Shown here in pieces: positions 57,046-64,000 of a stretch of 64,000 nucleotides of DNA. Location: positions 1,376,001 through 1,440,000 of the forward strand of contig OZ253442.1 of the NCBI GenBank assembly GCA_965261085.1, in the 5' to 3' direction. This DNA comes from a bacterium. Lineage in GTDB: Bacteria; UBA8248. The notes beneath the pieces were generated by a model. The model saw nothing but the letters and a program-made list of their open reading frames with translations. It had not been told where the DNA came from and searched no databases. Made by a program: the position numbers and the translations under genes. How positions within the stretch are numbered: the stretch's first letter is position 1; each line of letters starts with the position of its first letter.

Positions 57046-58872
57046 CTAGTCCTCGACCATGTAGGCCAAGCACCAGGCGCCCAGCCCCAGGTGGGTGGCG
57101 AAGATCGGGGCCGTGGGGCCGCCGAGGATGTCCACGTCGCCGTAGCGCGCGTGCAGGGCGGCCGAGACCTGCTCGACGATCTCCGGGCACCCGACGTGCA
57201 CCACGCCGAAGCGGAGTTTCTTTGCACCGGCCGGGATGCGGTCCTCCAGAAGACCGAGAACCGCCGGAAGCACCTTTTTGCGGCCGATCACCTTGCCGAC
57301 CGGAACGACCTTCCCCTCCTCGGTCAGCGACAGGATGGGCTTCACCCCCAGCATGCCCCCGAACCAGGCCTGGCCCTTTCCCACCCTCCCCGAGTGCAGC
57401 AGGCGGTCGAAGGTGTCCACGGTGGCGAAAATGCCGGACTGGTCGCGCACGCGGGAGAGTTCGGCCAGGATCTCGCCGGCGCTCGTCCCGCTCTCCGCCA
57501 GTTCCGCCGCCTTCAGCACGAGCAGCCCCTCGAGAATCGACACTCCGCAGGAGTCGAAGAGGTGTACCGGCGCCTCGTCGAAGGTCCGCGCCGCCGCTTC
57601 CGCAGAACCGAAGGTGCCGGACACGCCGCTTCCAAGCACGACGCCCAGGATCTGGTCGCCGTCCTCGGCGGCCCGCGCGAAGCCGTCCACGAAGGCCTGC
57701 GGCGGAGGCTGCGAGGTTGTGGGCAGTTCTCCGCCGGCGTCGCGCATCTTCTCGTGGAATTCCTCCGCGGTGATGTCGATGCCGTCGCGCAGGGGGCGGC
57801 CTCCGTCCACTAGCACGACCGGGACCACGTGGATGCCGTGGGCGCGGATGATGTCTTCGGGGAGATCGTTGCCGCTGTCGGTCACGATCGCGAAGGGACG
57901 CCGCACCAGGGTCTGATGGCCGCCCCCGCCGTGGCGCGCCGCCGCGTGCTGGGCGCGCATGTCCTCGGCTTTCTTCGTGGCGAGCCTGCCCAGCGTGCGC
58001 AGGTAGGAGAAGACTCCATCAGGACCGTCCGTGTGCACGTGCACCTTGAGCAGTGTGTCGGAGCTGACCACGATTATGGAATCGCCATGGCGGCGCAGTT
58101 CCTCACGCACGATCGCGGACGCCGGCAGCCCCTCGCCGCGCACCAACGCCTCGGTGCAGTAGCGGTACTGCTCCTCATTCTCGGGATACTCGACCTCGGC
58201 GACGGTCGCCGGGACCTGCGCGTAATCCGTCTCGTCTCCGGTGGCGACGATCGGGTCCCCGTTGATGAGCAGGAGCACGCCCTCCAGCATGTGCACGAAA
58301 CCGCGGCCGCCGGCGTCCACCACCCCCGCTGCCTTGAGCACCGGGAGCAGCGAGGGCGTGCGCTCGAGCGACTCGCGCGCGGCGTCCACCAGCCGGTCGA
58401 CGCAGAGGACGAAGTCCGTGGCGGAGCTCTCCTTCGCAGCGTTCGCGGTGTCCCGGATGACGGTCAGAATGGTGCCCTCGACCGGGTTGTCGAGCGCGTT
58501 GTAGAGGTTGTCGATGCCCCCGCCCAGCGCCTCGGCGAACCCGCGCGGGTCCACGCGCTCGCGTCCCTTCAGGTGGGCCGCGAAGCCCAGCAGGAAGTGC
58601 GACAGCATCATCCCGCTGTTGCCGCGCGCACCCAGTAGCGCCGCTTCGGCTGCATCGTCCGCGACGGCGGAAACTGCCCGGTCGCGGTTGCGCCGCAGGC
58701 GGTCCGCGATGGCCTCCACGGTAAGGCCCAGGTTGGTGCCGGTGTCGCCGTCGGGCACCGGAAAGACGTTGATGCGGTTCAATTCCTGCCGCTGCTGGCG
58801 GGTATACTCGCAGGCGGCGACCAGAGACCGGCGCAGGCGCGGTCCGTCCAGATAGGCGATGTGAGCACTCAA
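57046..58872 (-). CDS. DAK2 domain + DegV fusion (FakA-FakB-like fatty acid kinase)
   Basis: LNRINVFPVPDGDTGTN, GARGNSG, PVEGTILTV, VVDAGG, YCTE, KVHVHT, then IVTDS, PTTSQP, SGT, GRVG, THLG. TTG start with GGGAG RBS. Confidence 0.92.
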   Translation of the reverse strand: MSAHIAYLDGPRLRRSLVAACEYTRQQRQELNRINVFPVPDGDTGTNLGLTVEAIADRLRRNRDRAVSAVADDAAEAALLGARGNSGMMLSHFLLGFAAHLKGRERVDPRGFAEALGGGIDNLYNALDNPVEGTILTVIRDTANAAKESSATDFVLCVDRLVDAARESLERTPSLLPVLKAAGVVDAGGRGFVHMLEGVLLLINGDPIVATGDETDYAQVPATVAEVEYPENEEQYRYCTEALVRGEGLPASAIVREELRRHGDSIIVVSSDTLLKVHVHTDGPDGVFSYLRTLGRLATKKAEDMRAQHAAARHGGGGHQTLVRRPFAIVTDSGNDLPEDIIRAHGIHVVPVVLVDGGRPLRDGIDITAEEFHEKMRDAGGELPTTSQPPPQAFVDGFARAAEDGDQILGVVLGSGVSGTFGSAEAAARTFDEAPVHLFDSCGVSILEGLLVLKAAELAESGTSAGEILAELSRVRDQSGIFATVDTFDRLLHSGRVGKGQAWFGGMLGVKPILSLTEEGKVVPVGKVIGRKKVLPAVLGLLEDRIPAGAKKLRFGVVHVGCPEIVEQVSAALHARYGDVDILGGPTAPIFATHLGLGAWCLAYMVED

Positions 58873-58920
58873 CGGCGTCTCCCGGTTGGCGCACCGGAGG
58901 AAAGCCGGGACCACGGACCC

Positions 58921-59135
58921 TCAGTAGCGCCCGCGAGCCCGTTCCCTGCCCGGCGGGAGCTCCAGGTTGGTGGTCCACCACCCGGTGCGAATCGTCGTGA
59001 CGAACTCCTCACTGATGCCCTCTCTCGCCATTTCGCGAGCCGGCGCCTCGTGATCGTAGCGGACCGGAACATGCTCCACTTCCAGCCGGTCCGCGTCCGT
59101 GGATAGCGTAGCATACCAGACGCAGGTTCGCCCGT
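58921..59135 (-). pseudogene. 3' fragment of a gene, resembling the C-terminus of a metallophosphoesterase family
   Basis: GRTCVWYA...YDHE..AREM..EG..EEFVTTIRTGWWTT; upstream part replaced by lower-GC DNA; family call from memory. Confidence 0.5.
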
Positions 59136-59605
59136 AGATGGCCGGCAAAAATGCCATTCCGCGCCACCAATTGGTCCTTAATCATCCGGATCGGCGCTAT
59201 GATGGCTGTCAATCGAAGGAGAATTGCACGGCGAGCGGTTTCGAGATACACTCAACGGGCTGGGAGGGTTCCATATGGGGAATCTCGAGTGAAATACTCC
59301 GTTGGGACCGTGCTGACCAGTCCGAACTAGATCGCGAACACCCGATCTGCTTCCTGTTATCGTCGTCTTGGGATGAGACTCGATGGGCGGTTGTACCTCA
59401 CTTTGAACCTCGTGCATGGGTTGAGAGGTCCCAAGGAGTGGTCGCGTTTGTTCTGGACATGCGAGACTACACCAAAGACAAGTACCAAGGGATCAACTTC
59501 TGCCGGGTCGTCTGTTGGAATTCAACAGCCCTAGCGAGGCGGAGCGGTAGCCTCACGAGGCCGGGGCGCATACAAGGGAAAAGATTATAGGTTAGCCGTA
59601 TCACT

Positions 59606-60304
59606 ATGACGAAACGGACCATAATCTCACTCATGAAGATCGTGCCCTGTGTAGAGAGAGCCGAGCAGTTTCTCAATGGGCAACTCTACTGCAACACTCT
59701 TTCCTTCTTGCGCGAAAATTTCGACGAGTACGAAGGAACCGTCCCACTCTCCGGAATACTGCGGATCGGCGATTACGAAGTCCCCAAAGAAGACTTGGCC
59801 GAACCGCCGCTACTGATACCTAACTTGGTATCTGACCTGAACGTGTTCTGCATGTTCTGCTGGGCGTCTCCTAAAGCAGGTGGCGACAATATCCTCTTTG
59901 ACCCGGAATGTCAGCTCGGGAGCATCCGAATCTTGGAGCAAACGTTCGGCACGCACACTGTCGTAGTAAAGAATGTTACGGAATTCTTCCGAAGGGCAGA
60001 CAAGGCGTTGGAACATTCATACAACGGGGTGCTCCGATCGGTTTGTGGTATTGTCGATTACGTCGAACCAAGTACGGGCGAAATACCACCGACCTCACTT
60101 TTGGCTTTGCTGAAAGTCGCCCTTCGAAAGCGGAAAAGTTTTGCCAACGAGAAGGAGTATAGGTTCGTCTATTTGACTGGCCGTGAGCCTGCTGGACCAT
60201 TCATCTTGAACATCGGAGACATCCACGACATCGCATTCCGAATGAGGACGCAAGATGTGTACGACCGGGTAGAGATAAACGGTCGACCGCTCTCCGGCCT
60301 TTAG
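59606..60304 (+). CDS. Hypothetical protein with K.K.F..EKEYRF motif (DUF2971-like)
   Basis: Lower-GC 232-aa ORF; VFCM, VDY and KRKSFANEKEYRF motifs. Confidence 0.6.
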   Translation: MTKRTIISLMKIVPCVERAEQFLNGQLYCNTLSFLRENFDEYEGTVPLSGILRIGDYEVPKEDLAEPPLLIPNLVSDLNVFCMFCWASPKAGGDNILFDPECQLGSIRILEQTFGTHTVVVKNVTEFFRRADKALEHSYNGVLRSVCGIVDYVEPSTGEIPPTSLLALLKVALRKRKSFANEKEYRFVYLTGREPAGPFILNIGDIHDIAFRMRTQDVYDRVEINGRPLSGL

Positions 60305-60540
60305 TCACTCGACCTTCATGAGCCTAGTTTTATTCGGACGGGAACCCGGCGTAGCCTGGAGGAGTCCCAGTGCCTCGTGCTGAAGCGCAGAAGCCGAGTC
60401 ACCGGAAGACCTACTGGAAGCGCCGCACCGAGACTGTTAAGCCGGGTTAATCCAGATGGACACCCCATGTCCGACGTCCCAGAAGGTAGACATGAACTTG
60501 CGATTGATCATAGGGAGCAACTCCGATACTTTCACAGTCT

Positions 60541-60860
60541 CATGTGGGGGGCCGACACCCGCGAGCGCGCGCAGAACGCGTTCGAACGCTTCCTCGCCAC
60601 CTGGGAGGCGAAGTACCCCAGGGCCGCCGAATGCCTGGCGAGGGACCGGGAGGAGTTGCTCGCCTTCTACGACTTCATGGCGGCGCACTGGCAGAGTCTA
60701 CGGACGACGAACCCCATCGAGTCGACCTTCGCTACGATACGATTGCGAACGGCGAAGACCAGGAACTGCCTGAGCGAGAAGACGGCGTTGAGTCTGGTTC
60801 ACCAACTCGCCATGAGCGCCCAGAAGCGGTGGCGCCGGCTACGCGGCTTCCGTCATCTTC
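60541..60860 (+). mobile_element. IS256 family transposase, C-terminal fragment
   Basis: AKYPRAAECL.RDREELLAFYDF.AAHWQSLRTTNPIESTFATIRLRT, AQKRWRRLRG. Confidence 0.9.
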
Positions 60861-61137
60861 CGCGCCGCCTGGGCGAGGCCACCCCGTTGGCGGGCCGTTC
60901 GCGTCCTGCTAGACTGGGGCTGGGCCCACAGACCCACAGAATTAGATAGCTCAGGTCTCGCTGAGGGCCGGGACGTGCGCCGGCCCTCACGGACCCGTTC
61001 GGGTTTCGCTTCCCGCACGTACGGGCGCGATGGTTTTGTAGCCCCTCCTCGGGATTGTCCTGCCCTCCGTGGTTGTCCTTCGTCAGGACAGGCTGGAGGC
61101 CTGTCCCTGCGCGAGACGAGACGCTTCCGCAGGGGCG

Positions 61138-62078
61138 TCAGTAGATCGGGGTGAGAACGTCGGCGAAATTCGGGTCCTTGCCGCGGGTGGCGCGGAAGAA
61201 CGCTTCCTGAAGCTCCCGGGTGAGAGGGCCGGGCTTCCCATCGCCGACCGGGATCCGGTCCACCGAGACGACGGGCGTCACTTCCTCCGCCGAGCCGCAG
61301 ATCAGGATCTCGTCCGCGAGATAGAGCTCGGTGCGGTCCACCTCCCGCTCCACCGCCGGGCGGTTTCGGACCTTCGCGAAGAGCCCCATCAAGGTGGCGC
61401 GGGTGATCCCTTCCAGAATTCCCGCCGTCACGGAAGGCGTGATCAACTGCCCGTCGCGTACCAGCATCACGTTCGCGCCCGACGCCTCGGCGAGCTTGCC
61501 GTCCCGGTTGAGGATGAGGGCGTCGTCGTAGCCGTTGACGCGCGCCTCCACCCCGGCGAGGCGGCTGTTCTGGTAGTTGGACCCGACCTTCACCCGGGCC
61601 GGAATCGAATCGTCGTGGATGCGCCGCCAACTGCTGACGCAGACGTGAATGCCGTGCCGGAGGGCGTCGTCGTGGGGGCGGCCCCCCCCGCCACCCACGC
61701 ACCGATCTCGATCTCCTCCGGCCGGTACTTCTTGACGTCCCCGGCACCGCCGAATCCGAAGTACGTCACCAGACGCATGTGGACGTCCTCCCGGAACCGT
61801 TTCGCGCGCGCCCAGTCGAGGACCGCCTGCCGGTACTCGTCGAAACCGTAGGGGGACGTCATCCGCATGATCTTCATGTTGACTAACAGGCGCTCGAGGT
61901 GCTGATCCAGCTTCCAGACGAAGAGGTTGTCCCGCACCTCGTCCCAATAGGCCCGCAAACCCTCGTAGACGTTCGCTCCGCGCATGGCGGTGGCGGTGAG
62001 GACGCTCACCTTGGCGTCCTCGGGCGCGACCATGCCGCCGTCGAGCCAGACCTGGAATCGCTCCGAATCCTTGCTCAT
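61138..62078 (-). pseudogene. Class IV (branched-chain/D-amino acid) aminotransferase, frameshifted at a G8 run
   Basis: N-half GANVYEGLRAY, HLERL; C-half RVKVGSNYQNS, AEASGAN, ILEGITR, ADEILICGS; frame switches at 61682-61689. May be a sequencing error. Confidence 0.85.
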
Positions 62079-62103
62079 GCTCCCTCCGTCTCTCTCGGCC
62101 CTG

Positions 62104-64000
62104 TCATGCGAGCCCCCCGCTACCGCCGCTCCCTGCGTCGTGCGGGGCCGACACGACCGTGAGGTTCAGGTTGCCCTGCTCGTCGCTGCGGGCGACCTGT
62201 CCGGGCAGCACGACGGTCGTCGAGTCCATCTGCTCGAGGATCGCGGGGCCTTCGAGATCGGCGCCCCGGGGGAGACCCTCCCGGGCGTAGATCGGACAAT
62301 CGACGAATCCGCCGAGCTCTGCAAAATGCACCCGGCGCCTCCCTCGCTCCGCCGCGCGCAGGTCGCCGCCCGTCCCGGCGGCGCCCGCGACCGGGGGCGC
62401 CGTCACCCGGGCGAGGGCGGTGACGCGAAAGGTGACCAGTTGAACCGGCGCGTCCGGCGCGTAGCCGTACACTCTTTCGTGCTCGCGCCGGAAAGCGTCG
62501 ACCAGCGCCGAGAGGTCGTGGTCGGCGAATTCCCGCTCCTGAACCGCCACCGTGATCTCGTGGCTCTGTCCGACGTAGCGCATGTCGATGGCACGTTGCA
62601 CCGTGCGCTCGCCGGGCTCCACCCCCTCCCGGTCGAACCATTCGAGCGCTCGCTGTCCGACCTCCGTGAAGGTGACGTTGATGCCGGCGGCGCCGGTTCC
62701 CTCGAGATCGGCGATCCGCGTCAGGCTGAAATCCGAGCGCACGTCGGCGACGAGGAGCCCGAGCGCGCACAGGAGACCCGGTCCGGGCGGCACCATGACC
62801 CGGGTCATGCCCAGCTCGCGGGCGAGCGCGGAGGCGAGGAGAGGCCCCGCCCCCCCGAACGCCACCAGGGTGAAGTGCCGCGGATCGAAACCCTTCTCCA
62901 CCGAGATCACGCGTATCGCCTGAACCAGGTTCTCGTTGAGGATGGTGAGCACCGCTTCGGCCGCCTCCTCGACCCCGAGCCCCATCGGGGCCGCCACCTT
63001 GTCGGTGATTGCGCGGTGCGCGAGGTCGGGACGGAGGCTCATGCGGCCGCCCAGCAGGGATTCGCCGGAAAGGCGGCCGAGCACGACGTTGGCGTCGGTC
63101 ACGGTGGGCTCGGTTCCCCCGAGGCCGTAGCAGGCGGGGCCGGGCGCGGCGCCGGCGCTCCGGGGGCCCACGTGCACGAAGCCGCCCGTGTCCACGCGCG
63201 CGATGCTGCCCCCTCCGGCTCCCACCGAATGCACGTCGACCATCGGAAAGCGGATGGGATGCCCCCGCACCTCCCGCTCCTTTGCGACGAGCGGCCGGTT
63301 GCCTTCGATGAGGCAGACGTCGGTGCTCGTTCCCCCGACGTCGAAGGTGATGACGTCCGGACACTCGGCTCTTCCGGCGAGAAAGCCCGCGCCGGTGACT
63401 CCCGCCGCCGGCCCCGACATGAGGCAGCGGCCCGCCATCGCACCCGCATCCCGAAGCGAGGCGACGCCGCCGTGGGACTGGAGGATCTTCGGGCCCACGA
63501 TGCCCAGGGCGCGGGACCGTTCCCCGAGGCGCTCGAGATAGCGGCTCACGACCGGGCCCAGTGATGCGTTCAGCACGGTGGTCGTGGTCCTCTCGTACTC
63601 GCGGAACTCGGCCACGACTTCGTGGGATGCGCAGGTGAACGCACCGGGAAGGTGCTCGCGCACCGCGGCCGCGACGGCGGCCTCGTGGGCCGGATTGTGG
63701 TAGCTGTGCAGGAAGCAGACGGCCACCGCCTCCACGCCTTCGCGGCGGAAGTCGTCGAGGATTCCATCGAGCGCTTCGAGGTCCGGCGGCACGTCGGAAG
63801 GCCCGAGGAGATAGGTGCGCTCCTCGATCTCGCGCCGGAGGTGGCGCGCGACGAGGGGCGGGGGCTTCGGCATCCGAATGTCGTAGTTGTGGGGTTGGCG
63901 CTGGCGGCGGATCTCCAGGATGTCGCGAAACCCTTCAGTGGTGATGAGGCCCGTGACCGCCGTGTCCCCCGTGATGAGCGCGTTGGTGGCGACCGTCGTT
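62104..64000 (-). CDS. Hydantoinase/oxoprolinase subunit A (5' end outside window)
   Basis: TTVATNAL, TTEGFRD, FLHSY.NP.HE, SGPAAG, DVGGTSTDV, SAGAAPGPACYG, MRYVGQSHE. Confidence 0.95.
   Translation of the reverse strand, partial: TTVATNALITGDTAVTGLITTEGFRDILEIRRQRQPHNYDIRMPKPPPLVARHLRREIEERTYLLGPSDVPPDLEALDGILDDFRREGVEAVAVCFLHSYHNPAHEAAVAAAVREHLPGAFTCASHEVVAEFREYERTTTTVLNASLGPVVSRYLERLGERSRALGIVGPKILQSHGGVASLRDAGAMAGRCLMSGPAAGVTGAGFLAGRAECPDVITFDVGGTSTDVCLIEGNRPLVAKEREVRGHPIRFPMVDVHSVGAGGGSIARVDTGGFVHVGPRSAGAAPGPACYGLGGTEPTVTDANVVLGRLSGESLLGGRMSLRPDLAHRAITDKVAAPMGLGVEEAAEAVLTILNENLVQAIRVISVEKGFDPRHFTLVAFGGAGPLLASALARELGMTRVMVPPGPGLLCALGLLVADVRSDFSLTRIADLEGTGAAGINVTFTEVGQRALEWFDREGVEPGERTVQRAIDMRYVGQSHEITVAVQEREFADHDLSALVDAFRREHERVYGYAPDAPVQLVTFRVTALARVTAPPVAGAAGTGGDLRAAERGRRRVHFAELGGFVDCPIYAREGLPRGADLEGPAILEQMDSTTVVLPGQVARSDEQGNLNLTVVSAPHDAGSGGSGGLA

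Noticed and set aside
59138-59590. 150-aa plus-strand ORF
   Set aside because: No RBS or motif, spans a compositional junction; coding status unsupported.
60930-60952. Possible IS256 right inverted repeat
   Set aside because: Only a loose resemblance, with no left-end partner in the window.

Overview
GC-rich bacterial DNA, probably from an uncultured host-associated organism (the eukaryote-like adhesin domains suggest a sponge symbiont; this is inference). It is not an alphaproteobacterium by the tmRNA, which is one-piece. The window opens with smpB and ssrA (tag ADNELALAA). A 64-bp copy of the ssrA 3' end 981 bp downstream brackets a single NYN/LabA-LOTUS nuclease gene with no integrase. 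Next come ppk1-ppx and a long transport/catabolism region: three TAXI-TRAP systems, a TctCBA system, a sugar ABC transporter, and CoA- and PLP-dependent enzymes. It holds three tandem paralog pairs (LCM-type methyltransferases, FprA/ODP-like MBL folds, QueG/RdhA-like Fe-S proteins) and intergenic nests of REP/MITE repeats, one seemingly cut by an IS110-like end. A 14-kb segment bounded by an inverted AT-rich motif encodes an RbsA-type ATPase with a ~150-aa hydrophobic insertion and a ~1100-aa TRAP permease with two large membrane insertions. The last 17 kb is mosaic: a truncated tyrosine recombinase, a frame-broken Fn3/LRR/cadherin/SRCR/Calx-beta autotransporter plus two S24-like ORFs flanked by a repeated non-coding module, a DAK2-DegV fusion, gene fragments, an IS256 remnant, a frameshifted class IV aminotransferase and a partial hydantoinase A. 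No CRISPR array, rRNA or tRNA was seen. All family calls come from motif recognition by eye; no database search was run.
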